Source of the DNA: Selaginella moellendorffii
Taxonomy: Eukaryota > Plantae > Lycopodiophyta
DNA: 64,000 nt
Direction of reading: 5' to 3'
NCBI RefSeq assembly: GCF_000143415.4
Contig: NW_003314305.1
Coordinates: 805,709 to 869,708 of the forward strand
The position numbers and the translations under genes were made by a program. The notes below the pieces were generated by a model. It was not told the origin of the DNA and made no database searches. It saw only the letters and a program-made list of their open reading frames with translations. This document shows positions 1-12,095 of the stretch, one piece after another (the first letter of the stretch is position 1; every line of letters begins with the position of its first letter).

Positions 1-102
1 TGCAAACTTAGTTTGCGCTTGTGCAGCTTCTCGACTCGCCGTCCCAGTCTGTCCAGCAAGTGGATTTAAAAAACACGTGTACAACATGCACCTCAGCCAC
101 CC

Positions 103-378
103 ATGCCTCGATTTTCTTCTATGGTGTTACTGGATTTGTGTATTGGACATTATAGAAAAGCGATTGCTAAAGGAGTGTGGGACAAGGTGGATTATCTTCC
201 TGGCTGGTATAATCCCGATTATGGAGTTGGGATGAACAGCAACGCTTATTTTTTCCCACAACGAATCTATGTGGGGGAAGAAATGAGATGGTCTGTTGAG
301 TGGTGGGACAATCCGTCTATTGCATGTTGCTGGGCTCCTCAAAAACAAAAAGTCAACACGAGATCTCCATCCCGATAG
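103..378 (+). pseudogene. 3' end of an unknown gene whose RS-rich tail is interrupted by an LTR element
   Basis: ORF ends ...NTRSPSR at the element junction. Joining it to 1100-1125 restores RSPSRSRSRSPR*. No family recognised. Confidence 0.35.
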
Positions 379-1099
379 TTCTTCCTCCTCGTGTGCGCGT
401 CTCTCCGCTGCTAACATGGTATCGGAGCAATTGGCTCCTTGATCCTGAGAATGGCGCTTGCTGGCCAGGAGGCTAGTGATGAGGAGGAGGATGAGCCTCC
501 CGATTGCAATCCCTCTTGCAATGTTTGGGACGCTTGAGGCGTTGCACCAAGGCACCAGGCTGTGTACAGGTGCTGAGCAACAAGCAGCAGCAAGTAGAGA
601 ACAAAGCCAGTGGGAGATTGAGAGATTTCAACAACCCACATCAAGAATTGGGTCAAGATTCAAGAACATTGCATAGCAATTCTTTGCAGGAATTTCCAGC
701 AATTGGGAAGGATGCTTATGGAGATTCAAGTGCCTAGTCGCAGAGAAGTGGGAGCCTGGCAGTTCACGGCCAAGACCACATGCTAGAGGCAAGATTGAAG
801 CCATAGCAAGAAGCAAAGAGTGTGCAAGCAAGAACAAGACCAAGAACCAAGTTTTGGGTAGTTGATTGATGAGTTTTTCATATGCTTTTACCATCAGCTC
901 TCCATGCTCATCATCTCAGACTAGCTAGGCACGATTCAGGCTTAGATTCAGACTTGGATCAGTCGCCTGATCGTGAGTGGGAGTGTTAGAGGTAGAGATG
1001 ATGTGGCAGTAGTTGCTTTATGTATATGTACACAATCATATACAGATATATATATATACAGTTCTTCCTCCTCGTGTGCGCGTCTCTCCGCTGCTAACA
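377..1099 (+). mobile_element. Non-autonomous copia-derived TRIM-like LTR element with truncated 5' LTR
   Basis: 3' LTR 984-1099 (TGTTAG...CTAACA, 116 bp). Its last 40 bp recur exactly at 377-416, followed by a tRNA-iMet PBS TGGTATCGGAGC (417-428). PPT GAGTGGGAG at 975-983. Internal region only 567 bp. Confidence 0.9.
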
Positions 1100-2602
1100 G
1101 ATCTCGATCCCGATCTCCCAGGTAGCTGCGGCGTCGCGTGTTTACTCAACTCATGAATCTCACGACTGAAGAACAAGAGAAAAAAAGGAGAAGCAAGGGA
1201 AATAAGAGAACACTCTCCAAAACGAAGACGAGTAACTCTGGGCCCCCGGCCTGCTCCATCTTAGAAAGGCTGCTGGAATGTAAATAAGCTCTTCACACTT
1301 TTTTACAGGGCCTCGGGAAAAGCTGGCCGGCCAATTGGACTTTCGGGCAGACGACATGAACCATGCAGAGCAGGTTGGGTGCTCGTACTATATGTGATGG
1401 AAGAAGGTGATGCTTTGCTTCTTGCTCGGATTTATCCCTGGACATTTTTTTTGCTTTCTTTACGTCAGATCTTAGAGTCGTCTAGCAACAACAGAGATTC
1501 ATGCAACATCGAAAGCCGTTACCTCATGAAGATCCTGAGGAGTATCAACTCCAGGGATCTTCCCTTCCTATTGCCTCTTTCGTGTCATGTCGCCTCGATA
1601 GCACTTTTGCCAACACATTCCTTCTCAAAGCAGAAATCCTGCACGCCAAAGAAATGACTGTAAAAGAGCTGAAAAGATTGTGACTTACCATTCTCGAGCT
1701 AGAACTTTGCTTCCTACTGCTGCTTGGATCGTTACGTCGAACATTTGCCTGGTTTTGAGACCGTCAGTATGAATGATAGATCATCTTTAAGCTTTGGAAA
1801 ATGCTTCGGCCTTGGCAGCGGGTGGATGTGGCCAATCGGGCGGGAGATATTACGAGGAAGATCTCCTAGAGGTCGAGCCTAACACTGCGTTGGAAATAAT
1901 TTTTCCTTGTCTATTTTCTGACCTTTATGACGTTCCTAGCAGAAGATGTACAAGGCAAGTTTCAGTGTAAAATCCGAACCGATTCTCTAGTTTGTCGAAG
2001 ATCTAACATTCTTTATTTTTGCCTTTCTAGCAGCTGCTTAAGGCGGCGAGATACTAAATCAGCCGAGGACCATGATCGAAAGCCTTTGTCGCAAGTACGT
2101 GAGAGTCAGATTTCTCTTATTTGCTTTCTTTTAAAGAAAAGAACAAATTAATCAATCAAATACATATACATCATCCAATGAGAAATAAATATGGCAAAGC
2201 AGTAGTTTCTTAAACATCTTTCTCCTTGTATGTTTTCCTGGGCAAAAAGTTGCCATTCTTCTTTCTCTCAGCCTTAAGAAGAGGGACTTAAAGTCCACCA
2301 CCACTGCTGTCCACCTTTGCTCTCTACCTTTGCATTTGGTCGTTTCTCAGGTTCAGTTAGAGTGCTGCTCTATAGGTACTTTACTAACTTGAAGCAGTTT
2401 CTTATTTTTGTTTGGCAACAGAAAAACTAAAATGTGATTGACGACTGGTGATAAGAGGCTGAGATTTCCCTGCCGCAAACGCGTCCATTGCGATTCGTCA
2501 GAAAATTGGCTCGTTTTTAAGTTTAAACGTTCTTCACTTTCAAACTTTCATGCAAATCGTTGGATTGTGACGAGGATGAAAATGTATACATATTCAAGAG
2601 AT

Positions 2603-4753
2603 TCATATCTCCATCTCCCTTGACAAAATGTACAGCTCTATAAAACGTCTGTCCCTGCTTCTCAAGTGCCAAGGTACGGTCAGGAAGTCAAACCATGATC
2701 TTCTTAGCAAGTGCTTCATAACCACGCTGTTCTGCTCCAAGCAAACGGCAAAATACTTGGACTTGAGCCACAGCCGATCTTCCCTGTTGGAGTAGGGGAT
2801 GACATCCCACAAACCCAGTACAAACTCCCAAACAATGATGGCCACTAGAGTATTCCTGATGCTGCACACCATATGAACCGAGGTGGTACACTGGTGTACG
2901 GAGACGACGACAATTCTCGGAGCTGTAATGTTACCCACTGCCCATATATAAGTGTATTCATATGAAGTGTCTAACACTTGAATCAGTTTTTCCCATGTCT
3001 CCTGGGGAATCTTGGCGATGCATTTTCCGCCAGGGTCGGCCAGAAACCAGATTTCCATTGTGGGTCGCACGATTGCCGGTCGTCCATTCAGTTGAATGAG
3101 TGGAGATTTTACGTGAAACTGATAGCTGTATGCGCAGAAGTCATGGCAGTCACGGCATGAGGTTTGAACTTGCTCCTGAGAAACCCACTCATCACTTTCC
3201 CAGTTGTATTGAAAAACCGTCTGCCTCTGGGATGCTACCACCCTATTCAGCATGAAGTATGCATATGACCCAAGCAGGATGACATTCTCAGCGTCCCTAG
3301 CGCCACTTTCATCAGCTGGAGGCCATGGTAGGCTCCGCTCATTAAAGAAAGTCTCCACCGGTGTCAATGTAGCAATGCCCCTGCGAGAATTTCCAACTTG
3401 CCACTGTGGACGAGTTGAATTATTGAAGCTAACCACTGCAGGAGCTACCTCCTTTAACTCAGTGAAGAAAATGACCAGCAGCTTTTCTTGACTTATGCAT
3501 GCAACCCTGAGGATACGTCCCATTTCCGGACTCGGAGCCATTACTCGTTTTGTCGAGAAGATTTTCTTGAGAACGTTGGTAACATACAAGGTGCTCCCCT
3601 CCCACGAGATTAAGAGGGGACCGTGTGTGATTAAGGGAGCACGGTGGGCAAAGTTCTTGTCTCTGATCATCCTTGACCAGCCTTTATCGGACCTAAAGAA
3701 GCATAACTCGCTGTGTTTCTTGTTCCAGAAGACAAGGGCGGGCTCTTGATATCGCTTGTGGCCTGTCCTGCGCCAGTTGTGGCATACCATGCTCAGTGAT
3801 CTAATATCCCTGACAGTGCACAAGAGTTGCGCGACTTGCTGCAGAAGGTCAGTAGGCAGATTGGACCACTTCTGGCCATCAACATTCTCTCCATGATTAT
3901 AATCAAGTGACTTGACTGGCTTCAGTTTAAGCAAGTCCCTCAACCTTCGATAGCGATGAGCATACCAAATTCCAGCCTCAAAATCATGGATGTAAACAAT
4001 CTTCACGCATCCCTGGCAAGTAAAGAAGGCATAAAGAAAGACGCCATCCGAGCGCCGTGTAATGTTAGCCACACCCGCTTCCAGTGGCGGCTGAATATTA
4101 ACCAAGTCTTGAGGTAGGCCATCAGCGTTAATCCGCCATGTCTCTTCCGAGGAATGCACTCTCATGTTCTTGACCTGGCCTTGACTCCATTTGACCGTCC
4201 ACACTGGTTCCCTGCACCACTCATCCCTTTCCAAATCATATCTCACGCACGGTGTGTTCCACCAGGAAGAGGGCTCACAAAACATGACATGAAGAAAGCC
4301 ACCCGCCAGTGCACTGTATCCAGGCCACCGAGAGTCACCATACACGGTGGTCTCGCGACCAGTGAATCCAGGAGAATAACGAGACTTAACTCTCCACATC
4401 CCAGTTGTTGAATCGAAGATAGCAGAAGTGATGAGAAAGCTGTGCTGGGGGGCCAAAGGTGAATCGCTATAGACAACCAGGAGCTGGAACTTGTCAAGGC
4501 TGGATCCAAGTGCAGATGTGCTCAAGACCAAGGACGAGGAGGAGCTGGTCACAAGCTCTGGTGGAGATGGACAGATGCAAGCCATGCCAGTCGAGACATC
4601 CAAGACGATGAGCTGCCGGCGCATGCTCCACAGTGCCACGAGTGGTCCACCGTCACTGGCTCTGGTCTTCCAGTGGCAAGCGATGAGGATGCGGATGATC
4701 CTGCAGCTGTTCTTGTTCTTGTTCCATACCAGGAGCTGACCCTTTTGCTGCAC
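2603..4753 (-). CDS. F-box protein with two tandem F-box-associated modules
   Basis: 716-aa intronless ORF. Internal F-box WSNLPTDLLQQVAQLL...SLSMVCHNWRR near 3770-3870. The two halves share motifs (LLVWNK/LVFWNK, RYDLERDEW/QYNWESDEW). True start uncertain. Confidence 0.7.
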   Translation of the reverse strand: MQQKGQLLVWNKNKNSCRIIRILIACHWKTRASDGGPLVALWSMRRQLIVLDVSTGMACICPSPPELVTSSSSSLVLSTSALGSSLDKFQLLVVYSDSPLAPQHSFLITSAIFDSTTGMWRVKSRYSPGFTGRETTVYGDSRWPGYSALAGGFLHVMFCEPSSWWNTPCVRYDLERDEWCREPVWTVKWSQGQVKNMRVHSSEETWRINADGLPQDLVNIQPPLEAGVANITRRSDGVFLYAFFTCQGCVKIVYIHDFEAGIWYAHRYRRLRDLLKLKPVKSLDYNHGENVDGQKWSNLPTDLLQQVAQLLCTVRDIRSLSMVCHNWRRTGHKRYQEPALVFWNKKHSELCFFRSDKGWSRMIRDKNFAHRAPLITHGPLLISWEGSTLYVTNVLKKIFSTKRVMAPSPEMGRILRVACISQEKLLVIFFTELKEVAPAVVSFNNSTRPQWQVGNSRRGIATLTPVETFFNERSLPWPPADESGARDAENVILLGSYAYFMLNRVVASQRQTVFQYNWESDEWVSQEQVQTSCRDCHDFCAYSYQFHVKSPLIQLNGRPAIVRPTMEIWFLADPGGKCIAKIPQETWEKLIQVLDTSYEYTYIWAVGNITAPRIVVVSVHQCTTSVHMVCSIRNTLVAIIVWEFVLGLWDVIPYSNREDRLWLKSKYFAVCLEQNSVVMKHLLRRSWFDFLTVPWHLRSRDRRFIELYILSREMEI

Positions 4754-5169
4754 CAGAAAAGCACGTTGACGAGGGGTATATACCGCATGACATTCGCGAG
4801 CCGTGCCTAGAATAATTTTGGAATATTGTGATTAGCTTTTCTTGCTTAAGCTATTAAGTAGCTTGCTCATTTTCCTCCTCCACCTCCTTTTCCGTCCTTT
4901 CATATTCGTTCCTCACCCTCTCGAGGTAACTGAAGCCCTGTTTCCTGCGACCGTTGCTCTCCTGTCCTCCACCACTCTGGCTATGGCTGCCACTGGAACC
5001 ATCCTCGTTCTCTACCTTCTGCTCTTCAGGTTTCTGAAAGAAACTCTGTTTTCTAAAAGAAAGGTAGCTATGAAACTTACTTGAGGATCGAGCTCCTTCT
5101 TCAGCTTTTTGTGCTTTTGCACCTTCTTGGCGTTCTGATTCTCTGCGCGCTTGGAAACATACTCAGCCT

Positions 5170-5975
5170 CGGATCGTGTGCACCCTGCATCAACGAAGGA
5201 ACGTCATTTCGTTGCAAGTGTTTCTCGGGGTACGAAGGAAATGGTATCTTGACTGGTGGCTGCGCGATAAAGCGATACGTTATTCTCCTTCCCGGTAAGC
5301 TCGTGACTCAGAGAAGAGAGCTTGCTCTTTAAACGTGTCTTCCACGTTGATCATCAGCACCAGCTCTTCTCATTGTTGGATTTTTTTCTCTGGAAGTTCC
5401 GGCCGAAATTGTCCGCACTGCCAGGCACTAGAAACTTGAGACACCTTCAAGCCATTTTCAAAGAAAACTCAAGAATCTTTACCTGGGCAGAAGAGATGGG
5501 GAGAGCAACCAAGTGCTTCAGAAGCGATCTCAAGCTAGGCACTGGCAGCTTTGGCACAGTCTACAAGGGTAAACTGGACGACAGCACCACGGTGGAGCCA
5601 ACAACGGCGATGCCCCTCGCATTCAACAGTTTCTGAACGAGGTTTCGCATTCCACAGAGATCTTGTCGAGATGCTGGGATGTTGCATAGAAAGAGAAGTA
5701 CTCTGGGCACGAACTCGTAGACCACGAGAGGTGAGCATCTGCACAGACGAGGAGATACATTATCGTGGAAAAACCGTTTAAGAGATTGCAACGGAGACAG
5801 TAGTGGCTCTTACGTACCTTCATCTTTGCAGCTTCTCCACCGATATATCACCGGGACATGAAATCCTCGAACATCTTGTTGGACGAAAAGCTCACGGCCA
5901 ACGTAGCGGACTTTGGGATTTCCAAGCTGGTACCCATAGATTCCACTCGCATTTCTACAACTCTGCGGAAATCGC
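5170..5975 (+). pseudogene. Wall-associated kinase (WAK)-like receptor kinase pseudogene
   Basis: EGF-like CINEGTSFRCKCFSGYEGNG, kinase motifs LGTGSFGTVYKG, HRDLVEMLGCC and [12 protein letters not shown]...VADFGISKL, spread over several frames and truncated after DFG. Confidence 0.85.
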
Positions 5976-6011
5976 GCTCCATCAGCTACGTCGAATACAC
6001 CAGAAATACCT

Positions 6012-7340
6012 GCTAACGTAGTTCTGCGTGATGGCGATCGGGTCTTCCAGATGTATAACAATGTGCCACCAGCCGTTTGGTATGGAAACGACTTCGCCTG
6101 CTTTGCAAACGCACTCCACCGGTTTATGCTTGCCCCGCTTTGTCTCGTGATAGAAGTTCACAAACCATTCAGTGATGGACACTGGAGTTGCTACGTCCAC
6201 TCCATCCGGGCTGGGATGAACACCAGGAGGAACACCACCCGGAGGATACAGGATCCACTTCTTGGAACCTTTCTGCGTTCCAAGCCGAAGTGCTGTTAGG
6301 ATCAATATGAAACGAGGAGCTAGACCTTGCAGGCCCGAGTATAAGCCACCGATAGTCGGGCCTCTCCTTCCCCAGTATCGAGAAAAGGTCCTCCCTGAAG
6401 TAGACAGGAACTTCATAGTCGGCAGCCAGTTGCTGAACTTTCTCCCAGAACTTTGGATCAAACAGGTAGAGAGGCCGCTCTTCTTTCACGGACTTCGCAT
6501 AGACGAAATAGTTGCTAAGCGTCATGTCAACTGGACCAGCAGCAAAGTCTACGTCCCCACACAGCTCGAGTAAATAGTCCTGGTTCCAGCGTTCCAGTGC
6601 AGGCCTGTCGTTGATAGCATGGGTGATAAGAACTGGTTTGTTCGGCCTCTCGAAATCGCGTACAAAGTGGAAGGTGGCTTCTGCGCTCGATGTTGTCCCT
6701 GGAAATCCACTCGTCTTTGATCTCCACACTGGCACAGAGCCAGCTCTGGAACAAGTAGTCCGAATAGAAGTCTTCCACCTAGAAGAACATTACGAGAACC
6801 TTAGAACGATGTCAGAAAAGCAGTCATTTAAAGTAGTAGTACCTGACAGGGAGAGAAATCCTCTTTCTGGCAAAGAAAAGAAACACAAACTATTAAAACT
6901 TTCTTCCAAGAACAAAGTCTCAAAGAGCACGTTACCTTTGTACAAGCCCATCGAGAAGAGAAATCCTCTTTCTGAATGGAAAGAAGCAAAAACTATCAAA
7001 ACCTTCTTCCAAGAACAAAGTTTTTAAAGAACACCTTACCTTTGTCCAAGCTGATCTAGCTGAGATGTAAGTCTTTCTTCAACTTCCTTGCAACAAAAAT
7101 CCTCCTTTCAGCTCCGCGAGGAGGTGGCTGAAAACATTGAATGCCTTGCTCGAGATGCCCATATCCTTGGCATCCAGCAACGCCAGAATATCACTGACGA
7201 TCTCATCGCTAAGAGAGACTCCCAAGCCCTGGATTGCAGATATTTTGCTTGCCTGTGAAGAGGAGATTCCCCAACAGCTGGACGGCGAAGTGCCTGGATG
7301 CGAATGCAAGCCATGCCAGGAGTTTCCTCCGATTCATCGG
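6012..7340 (-). pseudogene. JMJ22: F-box/JmjC (JMJD6-type) demethylase pseudogene, JMJ22-like
   Basis: Degenerate F-box LSDEIVSDILALLDAKD, then DFERPNKPVLI, ERPLYLFDPKF, RPDYRWLILGP..SSFHIDPNSTSAWNA and [23 protein letters not shown]. Frameshifts near 6270 and 6670. Confidence 0.85.
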
Positions 7341-9092
7341 TAGCGCTATTGCTACATGAATATGCGATAAAGAATAGAACACAAGTGGAAGAGAATGGTT
7401 CATAGTCTTGGTTTTGGTGGGATTGCGACTCTATTGGCCATCTCAAACCCATTTTGACCGGCGTAATCTTTCTTGTTTCTTTAGTATTTGTTCTAAAGAT
7501 GTAAGGAGTTACGAAAAGGAAGAGGAACAAAGTGTTGAATGTTATAATTGTGTGTTATGCAATCTTTAGCACCCTTTTCTGTGCATTTACAAACCACTCA
7601 TTTGTTGTATTTACGGTGTGGGTGTGCACTGGAATAGTTTTCTTCATTATTACTGGAGCTTTTTTCTTGTTTTGGGTGCTCACAGATCCATTTTTTGGGT
7701 TTATCGAGGAACCAGCTTTGCTAATATTCATTAGGTTTAATGCTATGCTTAAAGGAATAGTGGCAATATCTGAAATTTTTAAATCAAAGGTGAGTTGTTT
7801 TGTTTTTCTTGCCACTATTATGCCCCGCGGCAAGAAAAACAAAACAACTCACCTCTTATTTAAAAATTTCAAATATTGCCACTATTTTTCTAAACATAGC
7901 ACCAAAACTAATGAACATTAACAAAGCTAGCACTTCGATAAATCTGAAAAATGGGTCCGTAAGTACCCAAAACAAGAAGAAAGCTTTAACAATGATGAAA
8001 AAAATTATTCTAGTGCACACTCACACCGTAAACACAGCAAAGGAGTGGACTGTAAATGCACAGAAAAAGGTGCTAAAAATTGCATAGCACACAATCATAA
8101 CACTCAACACTTTGTTTCTATTCCCTCTTATAACTCCCCAAATCGTTAGAGCAAATACCATAGAAACAAAAGAGATTGCGCCGGTCAAGATGGGCTTGAG
8201 ATGGCCAATAGAGTTGCGATCCCGCCAAGAACCAAGACTGTGAACCATTCTCGCCGTTGCATTCTCGCCGCTTCAACTTGCATAGCAAATAGCACACATA
8301 AACCCTAAACCTTGTTCTATTCTCTATCGCATATTCGTGTAGCAGCAGTGCTAGCAATGAATCGAGGAGAGTCCTGGCGTGGATCGCATTCGCATCCAGG
8401 CACTCCGCCGTCCAGCCACTGGGGAATCTCCTCTTCACGGGCAAGCAAAATATCTGCAATCCAGGGCTTGGGAGTCTCTCTCAGCGATGGCGCTGCTGGA
8501 TGCCAAGGATCTGGGCGTCTCGAGCAAGGCATTCAATGTTTTCAGCCACCTCCTCGCAGAGCTGAAAGGAGGATTTTTGTTGCAAGGAAGCTGGAGAAAG
8601 ACTTACGTCTGGACAAAGGTAAGGTGTTCTTTAAAAACTTTGTTCTTGGAAGAAGGTTTTGATAGTTTAGGATTTCTCTTCTCGATCGGCTTGTACAAAG
8701 GTAACGTGCTCTTTGAGACTTTGTTCTTGGAAGAAAGTTTTGATAGTTTGTGTTTCTTTTCTTTGCCAGAAAGAGGATTTCTCTCCTGTCAAGGTACTAC
8801 TACGTTAAATGACTGCTTTTCTGACATCGTTCTAAGGTTCTCGTAATGTTCTTCTAGGTGGAAGACTTCTATTCGGACTACTTGTTCCAGAGCTGGCTCT
8901 GTGCCAGTGTGGAGATCAAAGACGAGTGGATTTTCAGGGACAACATCGAGCGTAGAAGTCACCTTTCAGTCGATGACTTTGTACGCGATTTCGAGAGGCC
9001 GAACAAACCAGTTCTTATCACCCATGCTATCAACGACAGGCCTGCGCTGGAACGCTGGAACCAGGAGTATTTACTCGAGCTGTGTGGGGACG
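6552..9092. repeat. Long inverted repeat: ~1.26 kb arms (6552-7813, 7829-9092) with a 15 bp spacer
   Basis: Mirror-image ORFs on both strands. Centre reads ...TTTTTCTTGCC actattatgccccgc GGCAAGAAAAA... Confidence 0.95.
8355..9092 (+). pseudogene. Second, 3'-truncated JMJ22-like copy (right arm of the inverted repeat)
   Basis: Same F-box and EDFYSDYLFQSWLCAS...DFERPNKPVLITHAINDRPALERWN sequence, ending at CGD. Confidence 0.85.
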
Positions 9093-10785
9093 AGCTCACA
9101 TCCAAGGTCATAATGTGCTCGTACTGCATTTTTCTTTTACTTTTTTAAAGTTTCGGTCTGCATTTTCTCCACACTTGTAGAGCTCCTGACTCTCTTTATT
9201 CACAGGTTGTGCCGACTATTGTAAAACTTTTTGCGTCGACCGACCGTGCTATTCGAGCAAGTTTATTGCAAAACATTGATCAGTATGGAAATGCTAACTC
9301 TTGGATGAGCTCTGCACTCGCTCGAATCTAAAAACTAAAAATGCCTGCGCAGGTTTTTCCGCATTTGGCGACTGGTTTTTCGGACACTTGTGCCCTGCTA
9401 CGAGAACTAACGTTGAAGTCAATGCTCATTCTTGCACCAAAGGTACTGTTTTTTTGTTTTCCTTTTTCCATGTTAAAGACCATTGTAACCTTCATTCTGA
9501 AAGCAGTTGTCTCAAAGAGGATCTCTTATCGAAATTGCAGGTTTCTTTTTCTCTTCTTTTTTCCTTATAGTCTGACGCATTTCAAGTTGACGAAGAACCT
9601 GCGATACGAACGAACACTACAATTTTACTGGGAAACATTGCCGGCCTTCTTAACGACTCTGTAAGTTCTTTCTTTTGTTTCTTCCAATCAAGTTAGATTT
9701 TTCGTGCAGACAAGAAAAAGAGTCTTGATCAACGCGTTCACGGTGAGGGCTCCAAGGGATGGATTTGCTCCTGCCAAGGGGTGCTGGTATGCGTCCTTCT
9801 TTAATCAATGTGTTACTGATGTGTTCATTTGATAAGTTATTATGGCCCTCACAGCCACAAGCCAATACTACGATGTGGTAGAGATTGCTACTCCAGCCTT
9901 GTTGCTTTGACAATCGATGCTGACAGGTTTCAAAAAGTTTTCATCTTCTATTCTAGTTGCCTCACTATTTGTCAATAATGTCCAGTGACGTGAGAACTAA
10001 AGCCTTTGAAGCTACTGAAACATTCTTGCAGCTTGTCCGCATTGTGCACATTGAAAACTGATAAAAGAAAAAATCATCACTTACCAGCAGCTCGAGGACG
10101 GAGAGATAACGTTTTCTCCCTGTCGCAACATAGGGCTTCTCGGGTACGTCCTTGTAATGCTTATGACGTTTGAAAGCTGACTATCTCTTGTCGTCTATAG
10201 CTGGGCTGTGAGCTCTCTCAAGACCAAGTTCCCGACCTACCGAGCCAAACATCAGGCACTCTTTCAATCGTGTCCTCGGAACCTATCGCCGCCACTGCTG
10301 CCGCTGCTCCATCCGTGGAGCATCACCACGCCCCTTGAGCGAAGATTTCTTCGACAGCGTACGAGATGGATGGGACGACATGGAAGACTCGGCAGCTGCC
10401 ACAGCAACTCCATCACTGTCGAGAATACAAGCCGCGCAACAGCGTCCCATTGCATCGGCACCTCGTCCGTCCCATACGAATACAAACGGCCCCGAGCAAA
10501 CAACCACTGGTAAGAGAGTCTCCAACTCTTTCCTCCGCTGCGTTTCTCATTTCTCCTCTTTGCTTCGCAGGAGCAACGGTTTCTAGACAAGCAAGCAAGA
10601 CGCAAGTGAGCGATGATGAGGATCCGTGGGCCGAGATCGCTGCGCCACCTCCATCGACGAAACCACGGCCAGTTGTTTCAACTCAGTCGAGAGTAAGGCA
10701 GGGACAGCACGTATCTTTGGGGGCCATGGGCTTGGGCGGTGCTGGACGAGGCAGCAGCGCCCATGAAGCTTGGTGCTCAACGCGT
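9093..10785 (+). pseudogene. SCY1-like pseudokinase (SCYL1/CEX1) HEAT-repeat and C-terminal exons, degenerate
   Basis: Exons VVPTIVKLFASTDRAIRASLLQNIDQY, VFPHLATGFSDT.ALLRELTLKSMLILAPK, VDEEPAIRTNTTILLGNIA, RKRVLINAF, DDEDPWAEIAAPPP and KLGAQR. Introns are retained, frameshifts are present and the kinase N-terminus is missing. Confidence 0.85.
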
Positions 10786-12095
10786 GGCCGCTGCCAGGCG
10801 GGCCTTTGACGCCATGCTGGAGCGTGACGTGGTGGCATGGTGGTGGCGGCATATTCGCACACTGGAGATGAGAGCACATTTGTCTCGGCCGTCGATGCGT
10901 GTACGGCAGTCTTGGATCGGGCGGTGGGCTCTTATAGCGCACTGGTGACTATGTACGGCAAGGGTGGAGATCTCGTATGGCGAGGGTGATGTTTGATGGC
11001 TTGCGCGACACAAGAGATCAACCATGCAATGGAAATGCTCGCCATTGGGATCCAATCCACAGTCTTGCATTGCGAGAAACAATTCCCTCGACTCCTCGAA
11101 GAACCCACTCCGGTTACAACCCACCAGAGAGCTCGTTGGTCGGAGAAGCTCCACACTGGAGCATTTCTCTCAAGAGCTCCAAAGCATCGGGCATATGCAA
11201 ACTGGGCATATGCTCCGATCCACAGGATAGGATCTACCATGGACCGGGAAGCTCCGGGAGGCTCGGGATTTGATAGTTAGCATGCCATTCGAGCCGGATT
11301 TCCCTGCGTGGTCGGCTCTTGTAGGAAAACACCTCGGAACCAAAGAGATCACTTCATTCGCCACCTCTCTGCCAAGACATGGACGCTACAAGCACTGCTC
11401 CGCAGGGATGCAAGATGAGGTAGCGAGACTAGAGCAAAAGAGAATAGATCTTTTGCTCAAATCAAAGTAAGGCTTTAGTAGTGATTTAGAATCCTGTTCT
11501 AAAGAGTGCTCCAGAGAGAGCATTCATTTAGACTTCGCAACTGTGAGTCGCCACTTGGCAAAGGGTCGCTTGATACACAACCAGATCCTTTCAGATCGAA
11601 AGGAATGCAGAGAGAACGTTGTTCTGGCAAATCTGGTGCAAGTGATGCCAAGCGAGCGTTCGACACCATCGACGCCAAGAACGTTTTCTCGTGGTCTACA
11701 ATGGTGATGCATATGCCCAAAACGGGCATCTGGAAGGTGCCAAACTTATCTTTGATAAGATACTGGATCGAGCTAACTGTTGCATGCAATACAATGCTTG
11801 GTTATTATGCACAACACGCCACAAATATGCTAACCCGCTTCTTGTCGTAATTACGGCATATGCCGGAACTGGGTATATGTCCAGCGTAAAGCATATATTC
11901 GATTCGAAATGCAATCGCATGTATATCAATGCTTGCTGGATATGCAATTCTAGGAGGCATATTCTTCTCTCGAGGAGTTTTCCAAAAGATGCCCCAGCAT
12001 GACACTATATCAGCGACTGCAATGGTTTCGGCATTTGCCGCGAGGGGCAACCTGGTTTGAGAACATGCCAGAGAGGAATGTCTTCTCGTGGACGG
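10786..12095 (+). pseudogene. PLS-class pentatricopeptide repeat (PPR) pseudogene fragments
   Basis: ARRAFDAMLERDVVAW, HFHCMVDLLCRA (inverted), GKLREARDLIVSMPFEPD..AWSAL, AKRAFDTIDAKNVFSW, AYAQNGHLEGAKLIFD and FENMPERNVFSWT, with many frameshifts. Confidence 0.85.
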
